The position numbers and the translations under genes are program-made. Below, piece after piece: positions 20,587-33,412 of a DNA stretch of 55,544 nucleotides. Numbering within the stretch: the stretch's first letter is position 1; the number at the start of each line of letters is the position of its first letter. The stretch covers positions 1 through 55,544 of the forward strand of contig JADGAY010000001.1 of assembly GCA_015231775.1 (NCBI GenBank), in the 5' to 3' direction. The notes under the pieces were generated by a model. It was not told where the DNA came from. It did not search any database and worked only from the letters and a program-made list of their open reading frames with translations. This DNA comes from Magnetococcales bacterium. Lineage in GTDB: Bacteria; Pseudomonadota; Magnetococcia; Magnetococcales; Magnetaquicoccaceae.

Positions 20587-21518
20587 AAATTATGCAAACC
20601 TCACAAACGGATATGGGACAGGGCCTTGCCGCCCTGCTTGGGGAGGCTGCCTTGGCACCCTCGGTCAAACAAAAAGTATTGATGATTCCCATTGATCGAA
20701 TTTTCCCGAATCCCTATCAGCCACGTCAAAATTTTTCCGAAGAATCTCTGCGTGAACTTGCTGATTCGATACGGGAGCAGGGTGTACTGCTGCCGATCAT
20801 TGTTCGCAACAAGCCGACGTTCGAAGAGGCATTTGAATTGATTGCTGGAGAGCGTCGTTGGCGAGCGGCCAAACTGGCAGGATTGGACCAGATTCCGGGG
20901 TTGTTCCGACGCATGAGTGATCGACAGATGCTGGAGGTCTCCATTCTGGAGAATGTTCAGCGGGAAGATCTCAACCCGGTCGAGGTGGCCAGGGGTTGCG
21001 CCCAGTTGATTGAAAAATTTGGCTACAGCCACAAACGGGCGGCACTTCGTATTGGAAAAAGTCGTGAGACGATTACCAATCTTCTGCGCTTGTTGCGTTT
21101 ACCCGAGTCGATTTTGGCCTTGATCGAGTCCGGTCGTTTAAGCATGGGACATGCGCGGGCAATGGTACGCTTGGAGAGCAAGCCGGAGCTATTGGACCGG
21201 GTGGCAGACATGGTTATCGAGCAGGATCTATCGGTGCGCCAGACAGAAGAGTTGCTGCGGACCATGGAGCATGAGCAGGCCAAGACCGAGGAGCCAGTTG
21301 AGGGGGTTCAACCAGCGCAGGTGGAGGAGGGGAATCAGGGCTTGGCCAAGCGGCGGAAGGATCCGATGATCCTCTCCATAGAGGAGCGTCTTAGTGAAAC
21401 TTTAGGTATCAAGGTTTCGATTACGCATCTCAAGGGTAGAGGTAAAGTTATTGTTGAGTATGCCACGCTTGAGGAGTTGGAGGGGTTGGCGGACATGTTG
21501 CTGCGGGTTCAGGAGTAG
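20583..21518 (+). CDS. parB: Chromosome partitioning protein ParB
   Basis: NPYQPR, LIAGERRWRAA, ENVQREDL, HTH region; alternative ATG at 20592. Confidence 0.95.
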   Translation: MKIMQTSQTDMGQGLAALLGEAALAPSVKQKVLMIPIDRIFPNPYQPRQNFSEESLRELADSIREQGVLLPIIVRNKPTFEEAFELIAGERRWRAAKLAGLDQIPGLFRRMSDRQMLEVSILENVQREDLNPVEVARGCAQLIEKFGYSHKRAALRIGKSRETITNLLRLLRLPESILALIESGRLSMGHARAMVRLESKPELLDRVADMVIEQDLSVRQTEELLRTMEHEQAKTEEPVEGVQPAQVEEGNQGLAKRRKDPMILSIEERLSETLGIKVSITHLKGRGKVIVEYATLEELEGLADMLLRVQE

Positions 21519-21521
21519 GCA

Positions 21522-22370
21522 TTGGTGAATGACGTGATGACCGAGCGGCTGACGTGGTGGTCACGACTGGCATTGATTGCGCTGTTGGCATGGGAGTTAT
21601 CGGAGTGGACCTGGCGGTTCGTGGCGCCGCAGTCAATCCCTGTCGTCAAGCGTGAGGGGGGGGAGGGGAGGGGAGAGTCGGCAAGCGCAATTCTCGGGCG
21701 TGACACGGTGCGGGAGGGGGTACGCGGACTGTTCGGGGGTTCCACCACCCCCGGCGTGCCAACCGGCCAGGAGGCAGCCCGTGCGATCCCGGCGACCCGG
21801 TTGAATGCCCGACTGTTGGGAATTTTGTATGCTTCGGACAGTTCGGTTTTATGGCGCGGGTTGATCAGCGGGGAGGGGATACCGGAGGGATCCTACGGTG
21901 TCGGAGAGCGTGTCGGGCCGGCGGTTTTGGTGGAGGTGGCGTGGGACCGGGTGGTATTGGAGCATCGGGGGCGGTTGGAGACGTTGCGGTTGCCAAAGTT
22001 GGAGTCCGGGCCTGTGGTGGAGGAGACGGAGACGCGCAAGCGGGTATCGGCGGAGACGCAGGCATTGATCGGGACGTTGTGGGGTCAATTCGAGAAGAGC
22101 CCAGAGAGCATTCTGGAGAACATTCGCATCGAACCGGTATTCACGAACGGGCAGTTCGGTGGGGTGCAGTTGTTTCCAGGACGGGATCCGAATTTTTTGC
22201 AGCAGTTCGGGGTACAGCCAGGGGATGTGGTGACCTGGGTGAACGGGGTGGAGTTGACGGATCCAATGAAAGGGATGGCGGTTTTGGGTTCGTTGGGATC
22301 GGCTCGGACGATGCAGTTCACGGTGCGACGCGGGAGTGCATCGCACGCATTTGAGTTCAGCCGGCAGTAA
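21522..22370 (+). CDS. gspC: Type II secretion system protein C-like (TM, HR and PDZ domains)
   Basis: N-terminal TM, TRLNARLLGI, VAWDRVVLEHRGRLETLRL, PDZ-like GVQPGDVVTWVNG; start uncertain. Confidence 0.7.
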   Translation: MVNDVMTERLTWWSRLALIALLAWELSEWTWRFVAPQSIPVVKREGGEGRGESASAILGRDTVREGVRGLFGGSTTPGVPTGQEAARAIPATRLNARLLGILYASDSSVLWRGLISGEGIPEGSYGVGERVGPAVLVEVAWDRVVLEHRGRLETLRLPKLESGPVVEETETRKRVSAETQALIGTLWGQFEKSPESILENIRIEPVFTNGQFGGVQLFPGRDPNFLQQFGVQPGDVVTWVNGVELTDPMKGMAVLGSLGSARTMQFTVRRGSASHAFEFSRQ

Positions 22371-22630
22371 CGTATCAACCAAGATCCGGCAGTTGCGGGC
22401 AAGCACCTGTGGCAACCTCTTGACCCATCCAGCAAATCGGAAGAAAGCCTCATTACCAACAAGGCAACTTCGCTTTCTTACAATTCACTTCATGAACCAA
22501 TATGTTAGCTGATGCAATCAGCCGCAACTGCCGGATCCAGGGTCAACCGATCCATAGGGATTTGGATGCCGTTTCATGGGGCAGGGGAGGCGCACCTGTC
22601 GGAAAAGGGCTTGACGGGCGACCCTGCATG

Positions 22631-23095
22631 CTACATCCGGCCCACCTCCGTGAGCACGGCGGCGGCGTGACCGGTGGTTTTGACCGACGGATAGACCTTG
22701 CGGACCACCCCTTGGCCATCAACGATGAAGGTGGAGCGGACAATACCCATGTAGACCTTGCCGTAGTTTTTCTTCTCCTGCCAGGCGCCGAAGGCTTGGC
22801 AAAGGGCGCCATCGGTATCGCTCAACAGGGTGAGTTGAAGATTATACTTGGTGCAGAATCCGACGTGGGATTTGACCGAATCCTTGGAGATGCCGATCAC
22901 GGTGAATCCCAACTCGGCAAACGATTGGGACGCGGCCTGGAAGTCGTTGGCCTCCACGCTACAGCCCGGCGTGTTGTCCTTGGGATAGAAATAGATCACC
23001 GCGCCGTTAGGCCCCAGACGTTGCCGGAGTGGCAGGGATTGGTCGTGTTGATCCGGGGTGGTCAGATCCGGGATGGTGTCGCCGGGTTGCAGCAT
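22631..23095 (-). CDS. bcp: Peroxiredoxin Bcp/PrxQ
   Basis: YFYPKDNTPGCSVEA, GISKD, GIVRSTFIVD. Confidence 0.9.
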   Translation of the reverse strand: MLQPGDTIPDLTTPDQHDQSLPLRQRLGPNGAVIYFYPKDNTPGCSVEANDFQAASQSFAELGFTVIGISKDSVKSHVGFCTKYNLQLTLLSDTDGALCQAFGAWQEKKNYGKVYMGIVRSTFIVDGQGVVRKVYPSVKTTGHAAAVLTEVGRM

Positions 23096-23392
23096 GACGG
23101 AAATCTCCTTCTTGAATTAACGACAAGGCGGTTTGAAAGCCTCTCATCCCCTTGGAACGCACGAAGGGGCGTTTTTGGTGATGACGCGCCAAACGGGCTG
23201 GGCTTGCATCCATTCAACCGAGGCTGATCAAATGGCTGCGCCACTTTGGCGGGCCATCCATGACCAGCGTCGGCCCCTTTTGGAGTCAATACAGACACGC
23301 ACGTCTCGGGTGATCCTGATCATACCACGCAGCATGGAGAATCGGAATGACCCACTGACCGGAATGCATACGTTGGCGACATGCGTTGGGGT

Positions 23393-23790
23393 TCAGGCAG
23401 GACGGTTGGATCGCAGGAAGGGAAGCACCTGTTCCGTCGGCGTGGGACGGGCAATCAGATAGCCTTGAATCTCGTCGCAGTTGCGCTCCTCGAGCACTTT
23501 TTTCTGGGATGGATATTCAACCCCCTCGGCCACCACTTTAAGATCCAGACTGTGGGCCAGACCAATGATGGTCGCGACCAGCATGGTGTCACGAGCATCC
23601 ACGCCGATATTCCGCTTTGAAGAGTCGATCGATTTTCACCGTCTCCACGGGCAACTGTTTCAGGTAGCCCAAAGACGAGTAACCTGTTCCGAAATCGTCG
23701 AGCGCCAGTGCCACGCCCAGGCCGCGCAACTTCTCCAGGACCACGATTCCACGTTGATGCGGAGATTCTGGGGCAGGCCCTGGTGTGATA
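23393..23790 (-). pseudogene. EAL (c-di-GMP phosphodiesterase) domain remnant
   Basis: [35 protein letters not shown] in one frame, frameshift near 23617, then IIGLAHSLDLKVVAEGVE...IQGYLIARP; N-terminal part absent. Confidence 0.8.
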
Positions 23791-23982
23791 AATCCAGATC
23801 CGTCAGTTGCGGCCCATCACTTGACGCAACCTATTGATTCATCAAGTGAATCGGAAAAAAGCCCTATTTCAACAACTTAATTATTTAGGATTGACCACCT
23901 ATTTGTTAACATGAATAATCACTGACATAAAAAGTCCAACTTTTCAGTTTTATGGCGTATGGGGAAAAAAATTCTCCAATAA

Positions 23983-23996
23983 TTGATATAGGTCAA
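23983..23996. promoter_or_regulatory. FNR/Dnr-type box upstream of the nap operon
   Basis: TTGAT-ATAG-GTCAA, one mismatch to TTGAT-N4-ATCAA, in AT-rich DNA ~100 bp before napD. Confidence 0.6.
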
Positions 23997-24096
23997 TGTA
24001 ACCCCAGCCTCGACGCTGTATTTCACCCTGAATCCATGCTAACGTGTCGGGTACGACGTTCCACATCAATATAACAAATGGAAGCAGCCACCCCTG

Positions 24097-24360
24097 ATGT
24101 CCCGCGATGACTCCCCCTTTGCCCTGGCAAGCGCCGTGATCCTGGTCCAGCCCGGGCGGCTGCTCACGGTGGCGGCTTTCATCACCGATCTGCCCGGCGC
24201 GGCCATCCATGCCACCAGCGAACAGGGCAAAATGGTGATCACGCTGGAAGGCGATTCAACAAGCATTCTTGTTGAACAATTCGATAACATCCGCACCCTC
24301 GACGGCGTACTAAGCGCCGATTTGATTTATCAGCACTCCGAAGAGAGTTCCGACCCATAA
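24097..24360 (+). CDS. napD: NapD chaperone
   Basis: 87 aa; GKMVITLE and DGVLSADLIYQH; directly before napA. Confidence 0.85.
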   Translation: MSRDDSPFALASAVILVQPGRLLTVAAFITDLPGAAIHATSEQGKMVITLEGDSTSILVEQFDNIRTLDGVLSADLIYQHSEESSDP

Positions 24361-24387
24361 GGCATCATAAGTCAAGGAGACCGCACC

Positions 24388-26874
24388 GTGAAAGTGACCC
24401 GACGCGAATTCATCAAGGCCAACGCCATTGCCGCCGCCGCCGCGGCAGCCGGCATGAGCCTGCCCGTCATGGCCCAGGTTCAGAGCGAAGAGGGTGACAT
24501 CCGTTGGGACAAGGCCCCCTGCCGTTACTGCGGCACCGGGTGCAGCGTGCTGGTGGGTGTCAAGAATGGCCGCATCGTGGCCACCCAGGGCGATCCGGAC
24601 GCGCCGGTCAACAAGGGGTTGAACTGCATCAAGGGCTACTTCCTCTCCAAGATCCCCTACGGCGCGGATCGTCTCACCACCCCGCTGTTGCGCAAGAAGG
24701 ATGGCAAGTACGACAAGAACGGCGACTTCACCCCGGTCTCCTGGAACGAAGCGTTCGACATCATGGCCGAAAAATACAAGAGCGCCCTCAAGGAGGGTGG
24801 ACCGACCACGGTGGGGATGTTCGGCTCCGGCCAGTGGACCATCTGGGAGGGTGTGGCGGCGGTCAAGCTGTTCAAGGCCGGCTTCCGCTCCAACAACATC
24901 GATCCGAATGCCCGTCATTGCATGGCCTCGGCGGTGGCCGGCTTCATGCGGACCTTTGGCATCGACGAGCCCATGGGCTGCTACGACGATCTGGAGCATG
25001 CGGATGTGTTCGTGCTGTGGGGTTCCAACATGGCCGAGATGCATCCGATCCTCTGGTCGCGTCTGGCCAACACCCGTCTGAGCAATCCCAACGCCAAGGT
25101 GGTGGTGCTCTCCACCTTCCAGCACCGCAGCTTCGATCTGGCCGACATGGGTCTGATCTTCAAGCCGCAGACCGATCTGGCCATCGCCAACTTCATCGCC
25201 AATTACATCATCCAGACCGGCAAGGTGAACGAGGAGTTCGTCGCCAACCATGTCGCCTTCCACAAGGGGGTCACCAACATCGGCTACGGCCTGCGACCCA
25301 CCCACGGTCTGGAGAAGGATGCCGCCGACGCCAAGGATCCCAACGTGTCGGCTCCGATCAGCTTCGATGATTTCAAGGCCTTTGTCGCCGAGTACACCGC
25401 CGACATGACCAGTCAGTTGACCGGTATCGCCAAGAAGGATCTCGAGGCCCTGGCGGAGATGTACGCCGATCCGAAATTGAAGGTGATGTCTCTGTGGACC
25501 ATGGGTGTCAACCAGCACACCCGCGGCACCTGGATGAACAACATGCTCTACAACATGCACCTTTTGACCGGCAAGATCGCCGAGCCGGGCAACTCTCCCT
25601 TCTCGCTCACCGGTCAGCCCTCGGCCTGCGGCACGGCCCGCGAGGTGGGCACCTTCTCCCATCGTCTGCCGGCGGACATGGTGGTGACGAAAAAGGAGCA
25701 TCGCGATCTCACGGAGAAGTTGTGGCTTCTGCCCGAGGGAACCCTGCCGGACAAGCCGGGCTATCACGCCGTGGTGCATCATCGCATGCTCAAGGATGGC
25801 AAGCTCAACGCCTACTGGGTGATGTGCACCAACAACATGCAGACCGCCCCGAACATGAACGAGGAGGGGTATCCCGGCTACCGCAACCCGAAGAACTTCG
25901 TGGTGGTCTCCGACCCCTATCCCACGGTCACGGCCATGGCCGCGGATCTGATCCTGCCCACGGCCATGTGGGTCGAAAAAGAGGGTGCCTACGGCAACGC
26001 CGAACGGCGCACCCAGTTCTGGCGCCAGCAGATCAAGGCGCCGGGCGAGGCCAAGTCCGATCTGTGGCAGTTGATGGAGTTCTCCAAGCGGTTCAAGGTC
26101 GAGGAGGTGTGGCCCGCCGACCTGATCGCCAAAAAGCCGGAGCTTCAGGGCAAGACCCTCTTTGACGTGCTGTATGCCAACGGCCAGGTCAACAAGTTCT
26201 CGGTGGACGAGCTGCAGAAAGATCAGCTCAACGACGAGTCGCGCCATTTCGGTTTCTATGCCCAAAAGGGGCTCTTCGAGGAGTATGCCGCCTTCGGACG
26301 CGGCCATGCCCACGACCTGGCCGATTTCGACACCTATCACAAGGCCCGCGGTCTGCGTTGGCCGGTGGTGGATGGCAAGGAGACCCTGTGGCGCTTCCGC
26401 GAGGGGTATGACCCCTATGTGAAGCCCGGTCAGAAGGTCCGTTTCTACGGCAAGCCGGACGGCAAGGCGTGGATCTTCGCGCTGCCCTATCAGCCGCCGG
26501 CGGAGGCCCCGGATGGGGAGTTCGATCTGTGGCTCTCCACGGGTCGCGTGCTCGAGCACTGGCACTCCGGTTCCATGACCCGCCGCGTTCCCGAACTCCA
26601 TCGCGCGGTGCCGGACGCCCAGCTCTTCATGCATCCGGACGATGCGGAAAAACGGGGGCTCAAGCGTGGCATGGTGGCCAAGATCATCTCCCGGCGCGGC
26701 GAAGTGGTGGCGCGGGTGGAAACCCTGGGTCGCAACCGTCCGCCGGTGGGCCTGGTCTATATTCCGTTTTTCGACGAATCGCGCCTGGTCAACAAATTGA
26801 CCCTTGATGCCACCTGTCCGATCTCGAAGGAGACCGATTACAAGAAGTGCGCGGTCAAGGTGGTGAAGGCCTGA
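24388..26874 (+). CDS. napA: Periplasmic nitrate reductase catalytic subunit
   Basis: Tat signal [15 protein letters not shown]...[31 protein letters not shown]. Confidence 0.98.
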   Translation: MKVTRREFIKANAIAAAAAAAGMSLPVMAQVQSEEGDIRWDKAPCRYCGTGCSVLVGVKNGRIVATQGDPDAPVNKGLNCIKGYFLSKIPYGADRLTTPLLRKKDGKYDKNGDFTPVSWNEAFDIMAEKYKSALKEGGPTTVGMFGSGQWTIWEGVAAVKLFKAGFRSNNIDPNARHCMASAVAGFMRTFGIDEPMGCYDDLEHADVFVLWGSNMAEMHPILWSRLANTRLSNPNAKVVVLSTFQHRSFDLADMGLIFKPQTDLAIANFIANYIIQTGKVNEEFVANHVAFHKGVTNIGYGLRPTHGLEKDAADAKDPNVSAPISFDDFKAFVAEYTADMTSQLTGIAKKDLEALAEMYADPKLKVMSLWTMGVNQHTRGTWMNNMLYNMHLLTGKIAEPGNSPFSLTGQPSACGTAREVGTFSHRLPADMVVTKKEHRDLTEKLWLLPEGTLPDKPGYHAVVHHRMLKDGKLNAYWVMCTNNMQTAPNMNEEGYPGYRNPKNFVVVSDPYPTVTAMAADLILPTAMWVEKEGAYGNAERRTQFWRQQIKAPGEAKSDLWQLMEFSKRFKVEEVWPADLIAKKPELQGKTLFDVLYANGQVNKFSVDELQKDQLNDESRHFGFYAQKGLFEEYAAFGRGHAHDLADFDTYHKARGLRWPVVDGKETLWRFREGYDPYVKPGQKVRFYGKPDGKAWIFALPYQPPAEAPDGEFDLWLSTGRVLEHWHSGSMTRRVPELHRAVPDAQLFMHPDDAEKRGLKRGMVAKIISRRGEVVARVETLGRNRPPVGLVYIPFFDESRLVNKLTLDATCPISKETDYKKCAVKVVKA

Positions 26875-26879
26875 TAGAC

Positions 26880-27701
26880 ATGGACGACTCATCCGCTGGG
26901 CGGTCCCAGGGGACCGCCATGACGCGGCGTGGCCTGTTGCAAAAGGGAGGGGGGGCCGCGGTTGGTTTGGGGTTGGTCGGTTTTCTGACCTGGGTGGGGG
27001 TGCGTTCCGCCGACGCCATACCGGTGTGGGCGGTGCGTCCGCCGGGAGCCTTGCCCGAGCCGGATTTTCTGGGTACCTGCCTGCGCTGCGGCTTGTGCGT
27101 GCGTGCGTGTCCGTATGACATCCTCACCCTGGCCGAAACCGGGAGCGGGGTGGCGCCGGGCACACCCTATTTCATGCCCAGGAAGGCGCCGTGCGAGATG
27201 TGTCCGGAGATTCCGTGCGTCAAGGCCTGTCCTTCCGGGGCCCTGGACCACGGGCTCACGGATATCGCCAAGGCGCGCATGGGATTGGCGGTGCTGGCGG
27301 ACCAGGAGACCTGTCTGGCCTTCCTGGGACTGCGTTGCGAGGTCTGTTTCCAGGTCTGTCCGGTGATGAACAAGGCCATCACCCTGGAGATGCGCCCCAA
27401 CCTGCGCAGCGGCAAGCATGTGCATTTCCTGCCCACGGTCCACTCGGAGCACTGCACCGGGTGCGGCAAGTGCGAAAAGGGGTGCGTGTTGGAGGAGGCG
27501 GCCATCCGGGTGTTCCCCCATGCCACCGTGAAGGGGTCGCTGGGCAAACACTACCGGGTCGGCTGGGAGGAGAAGAAAAAGGCCGGACATGCGCTGATCC
27601 CCGAACCGCTCAGCATGCCGGTGCGTCGTCCGGGTGATGGTTCGGCGTTGCATCCCGAATCGTTCACCCTGCCGGGGCATCTTCCGGGAGAAGGGCCATG
27701 A
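26880..27701 (+). CDS. napG: Ferredoxin-type protein NapG
   Basis: TRRGLL, RPPGA, CLRCGLCVRACP, CTGCGKCEKGC, GKHYRVGWEEK. Confidence 0.95.
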   Translation: MDDSSAGRSQGTAMTRRGLLQKGGGAAVGLGLVGFLTWVGVRSADAIPVWAVRPPGALPEPDFLGTCLRCGLCVRACPYDILTLAETGSGVAPGTPYFMPRKAPCEMCPEIPCVKACPSGALDHGLTDIAKARMGLAVLADQETCLAFLGLRCEVCFQVCPVMNKAITLEMRPNLRSGKHVHFLPTVHSEHCTGCGKCEKGCVLEEAAIRVFPHATVKGSLGKHYRVGWEEKKKAGHALIPEPLSMPVRRPGDGSALHPESFTLPGHLPGEGP

Positions 27702-28567
27702 AAAAACCCATGGCCGGGGAAGAGGCGATCGAAAAAAAGGGGTGGTGGTCGGCCCATCGTTGGCTGGTGTGGCGGCGCCTCTCCCAAGTGGGGGTGTTGG
27801 GGTTGTTCCTGCTTGGTCCGGCGTTGGATGTGTGGCTGATCCAGGGCAATCTCTCCGCCAGTCTGTTTCTGGACACCCTGCCGATGACCGATCCGCTGCT
27901 CTTTTTGCAGTTGTTGGCCACCAGCGGCATGCCGGCCACCCAGGCGGTGTTGGGGTTCGTGGTGGTGCTGGTGCTGTATGGCCTTCTGGGCGGACGTTTG
28001 TTCTGTTCGTGGGTCTGTCCGGTCAACCCCATCACCGATCTGGCTGGCTGGATGCGGCGTCGTTTCGGGATCAGTGGTGGTTGGCGCGGGGATCGGCGGA
28101 TCCGCTATGCGGTGTTTCTGGCCGTGGTGGTGAGTGCCGGATTGAGCGGTCTGATGGTCTGGGAGTGGATCAACCCGATGAGTCTGCTCCATCGGGGATT
28201 GATCTTCGGGGTGTGGAGCGGTTGGCTTGCGGTGGTGGGGATCTTTTTGTTCGATCTGATCCTCTCGCCCCACGGCTGGTGCGGGCGGTTGTGTCCCACC
28301 GGGGCGGTGTATGCCCTGCTGGGTCGGCGAACCCCGTTGGCGGTCAGTGCCGTCCGGCGTGACGCCTGCACCGATTGTCGCGCCTGTCATCAGGTCTGTC
28401 CCGAGGCGGCGGTGATCGATCCGGCGCTCAAGGGGGCGGTCAAGGGTGTCGGGCCGCGCATCACCGGGATGGAATGCACGCGCTGTGGGCGTTGCATCGA
28501 TGTCTGCCCGGATGAGGTTTTTGAATTCGACTTTCATTTACCCAACATTTCGAGGGTGGTGCCATGA
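27698..28567 (+). CDS. napH: Ferredoxin-type membrane protein NapH
   Basis: GGRLFCSWVCP, GWCGRLCP, two CxxCxxCxxxCP motifs. Confidence 0.95.
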   Translation: MKKPMAGEEAIEKKGWWSAHRWLVWRRLSQVGVLGLFLLGPALDVWLIQGNLSASLFLDTLPMTDPLLFLQLLATSGMPATQAVLGFVVVLVLYGLLGGRLFCSWVCPVNPITDLAGWMRRRFGISGGWRGDRRIRYAVFLAVVVSAGLSGLMVWEWINPMSLLHRGLIFGVWSGWLAVVGIFLFDLILSPHGWCGRLCPTGAVYALLGRRTPLAVSAVRRDACTDCRACHQVCPEAAVIDPALKGAVKGVGPRITGMECTRCGRCIDVCPDEVFEFDFHLPNISRVVP

Positions 28568-29016
28568 AAATACGGTTGTGGTTGATCATGTGGGCGGCGT
28601 TGGTGATCGTGGCCGTCGGGGCCTGGAGTGGCGTTGCCATGGCAGAGGAGGTGCGCACATTGCGTGGGGCGGTGCCTCTGGATGGCGCGGATCAGGCCCC
28701 GGAGATGGCCAAGTGGATGCCGGACAGCCATACACTGCCGCGCAACTATCTTCAGCAGCCGCCGTTGATTCCGCATCAGATCGACGGGTACAAGATCGAT
28801 CTGCGTCAGAACAAGTGCATGACCTGCCACAGTTGGGCCAAGGCCAAGGAGACCCATGCCACCAAGGTCAGCCTGACCCATTTCCGCAACCGTTTTGGCA
28901 CTGAACTATCCGACGTGTCGCCGCAGCGCTATTTCTGCACCCAGTGTCATGTGCCGCAGAGGGATGCCAAGCCCTTGGTTGAGAACTCTTTCAGGCCCGT
29001 GGACGCGGTGAGGTGA
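28564..29016 (+). CDS. napB: Nitrate reductase diheme cytochrome c subunit
   Basis: RNYLQQPPLIPH, CMTCH, RYFCTQCHVPQ. Confidence 0.95.
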   Translation: MKIRLWLIMWAALVIVAVGAWSGVAMAEEVRTLRGAVPLDGADQAPEMAKWMPDSHTLPRNYLQQPPLIPHQIDGYKIDLRQNKCMTCHSWAKAKETHATKVSLTHFRNRFGTELSDVSPQRYFCTQCHVPQRDAKPLVENSFRPVDAVR

Positions 29017-29071
29017 TTCAGGTCGAATCGGAGCAAGCCGAAGCCACGCCATTCGAGGGAAGGGAGCAGCC

Positions 29072-29650
29072 ATGAGTCAAGATCAGGACCGCGCGCCGCG
29101 GAGTTTCAGGAGCCAATGGAAGATTCTGGGGGGATTTTTCTTCCTTGGCGTTCTGTTTTGGGGTGGTTTTCACTGGGCGTTGGCCGCCACCAACAATGAG
29201 ACCTTCTGCATCTCGTGTCACGAGATGAAGGACAACGTGTACAAGGAGTATCGGGAGACCGTGCACTATTACAATCCCAGCGGGGTGCGTGCCACCTGTC
29301 CGGATTGTCATGTGCCCAAGGCCTGGCAGCACATGATCGTGCGCAAGATTCAGGCGAGCAACGAGTTGTGGCACAAGTTCAAGGGCACCATCGACACGCC
29401 GGAGAAGTTCGAGGGCAAGCGGTTGGAGTTGGCCCGGAATGTCTGGAGCGCCATGAAGAGCACCGATTCTCGCGAGTGTCGCAACTGTCACGACTTCAAG
29501 TCCATGGACTTCACGCGCCAGGGGTCGCGGGCGTTTGATTTCCACGAACGGGGTTTTTCCAAGGACAAGACCTGCATCGACTGTCACAAGGGGATCGCCC
29601 ATTCGTTGCCCAAGGGGATGACGGCGGCGGACGATACGAGCCATTTTTGA
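29072..29650 (+). CDS. napC: NapC/NirT tetraheme cytochrome c
   Basis: TM anchor; CISCHEM, CPDCH, CRNCH, CIDCHKGIAH. Confidence 0.95.
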   Translation: MSQDQDRAPRSFRSQWKILGGFFFLGVLFWGGFHWALAATNNETFCISCHEMKDNVYKEYRETVHYYNPSGVRATCPDCHVPKAWQHMIVRKIQASNELWHKFKGTIDTPEKFEGKRLELARNVWSAMKSTDSRECRNCHDFKSMDFTRQGSRAFDFHERGFSKDKTCIDCHKGIAHSLPKGMTAADDTSHF

Positions 29651-29701
29651 GCGGTGCGGTTGTGAGACGGATCGTGGAGGGTGGGGGCGTGACACGATTC
29701 A

Positions 29702-29878
29702 AGGAGGTCCGGGGGGATTATCCCCCCACGGCGGGGGCGGGGCAGAGCCCCGCGACTTTTCCTTTGACTGTTCTTCTCGCGCGCTCATCATAAAAGCGTT
29801 TTTTCGCGAAGCGAAAAAACGCCGCGCGCCGTTTTCGTGCTCCCCAGGATCCCCCCCAGGGGTGATCCTGGGGAGCGA
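29702..29878 (-). repeat. Modular hairpin element copy E5
   Basis: Reverse terminal module (GGGGGATTATCCCCC and GCGGGGCAGAGCCCCGC) plus T-tract, GCGCGC-clamped GCGTTTTTTCGC-gaa-GCGAAAAAACGC hairpin, extra hairpin GCTCCCCAGGATC...GATCCTGGGGAGC. Confidence 0.8.
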
Positions 29879-29917
29879 GTCGCTTAGTCGGCGTGGGGAA
29901 ACACGCCAACCGCATTT

Positions 29918-30376
29918 TCAGATCTCAATCCCCTCCAAGCGCAACAAAAATCGTTTGCTCTCCAGGCCACCCCGGCCACTGTAGCCCCGCAACGCGCCAT
30001 CCGAGGCCACCACCCGGTGACAGGGGAGCAGGATCGGAATCGGATTCGCGCCCAGTGCCGCCCCCACGGCGCGAGGCGCGGAGTCGATCCGTTTGGCGAG
30101 GGCGCCGTAGCTCTCCACCCGGCCTGGGGGGATCTCCCGCAGCGCCTCCCAGACCCGGCGTTGAAACGGCGTCCCCTCCGGCATGAGGGGCAGCTCATCC
30201 AGAGCCGGGAAAATTCCTTGAAAATAGGCGTGCAGCCACGCGGCCACCTGTTGGCGCAAGGCGGGATCCGACGAATCAGGCGTTGGTTGCGTACTCAGGG
30301 CGCGGATCGCGCCATCGCGGGTTTGCAGCCAGTAGGGGCCCAGGGGGGTTTCGAAGTCGGGGGAAAGGGATGTCAT
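29918..30376 (-). CDS. ogt: Methylated-DNA-protein-cysteine methyltransferase
   Basis: GTPFQRRVW, PRAVGAALGANP, PCHRVV active site; GGAGG RBS. Confidence 0.92.
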   Translation of the reverse strand: MTSLSPDFETPLGPYWLQTRDGAIRALSTQPTPDSSDPALRQQVAAWLHAYFQGIFPALDELPLMPEGTPFQRRVWEALREIPPGRVESYGALAKRIDSAPRAVGAALGANPIPILLPCHRVVASDGALRGYSGRGGLESKRFLLRLEGIEI

Positions 30377-30452
30377 GTGACCTCCAGAGTATTCCAAGGG
30401 TCAGAATGGCGTGACGTTCTGCCACCAGCCTGCATGTGGAAAGCTCCAGCCA

Positions 30453-30541
30453 ATAGGCCTGCTTTGTGCGGCCTGATTCCGGGCCATGTTTGCACGCAGC
30501 GATTTTTCACCCGCCGGGAACCTTGCGGTCCCCGGCCCCTG
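30453..30541 (+). repeat. Internally deleted element copy E6
   Basis: GGCCTG...GGGCCATGTTTGCACGCAGCGATTTTTCACC joined directly to CGCCGGGAACCTTGCGGTCCCCGGCCCCTGCA (compare E3). Confidence 0.6.
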
Positions 30542-30574
30542 CACTCGTGGGGGTTCTGAATCTTTACGCTGCTT

Positions 30575-30877
30575 TCATGATTGCGGGATGACTGCCGCCA
30601 AGGATGCAAAAATGGCCGAGGCCTGCTCAGGCGACATCTCCACCCCTTTGAGTTTCTCATGCACACCTGGCCAGAAGTGGATGTGACTGCCAAGCAGAAA
30701 CTTCAACGTGCCGTCCGGACTCTCTTCGACGACAAGCCGGCCAAGCAGGATGCTCTGCTGAACCGGGACGCCATCCACCACGCTATCATCCATCAGCGTG
30801 GCCGACAGTCGGTATTTCTTCAAGGGGAAGGTGGCCTGGTGAAAGCCATCCGCCTGTTTTGACCATTTGATGTACAT
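30575..30877 (-). CDS. Hypothetical protein (100 aa)
   Basis: MYIKWSKQ... open frame just downstream of gyrB on the same strand; no motif recognised. Confidence 0.5.
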   Translation of the reverse strand: MYIKWSKQADGFHQATFPLKKYRLSATLMDDSVVDGVPVQQSILLGRLVVEESPDGTLKFLLGSHIHFWPGVHEKLKGVEMSPEQASAIFASLAAVIPQS

Positions 30878-30922
30878 CGGAGATCTTGCTCTTCTTGCGT
30901 CTAGCAATCACCAAACAGCCCT

Positions 30923-33379
<2,457 letters not shown>

Positions 33380-33412
33380 TCAAAAAGCCGAACGATTTGC
33401 CTGTCAGACCAG

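Noticed and set aside
22530-22590. Possible degenerate reverse terminal module after gspC
   Set aside because: Similarity (GGATCCAGGGTC...) is too weak to support by eye
23096-23392. Possible ncRNA upstream of bcp
   Set aside because: Some local pairing but no recognisable family motif; needs an Rfam search
23835-23846. TTGATTCATCAA as a second FNR box
   Set aside because: Spacer is 2 nt rather than the required 4
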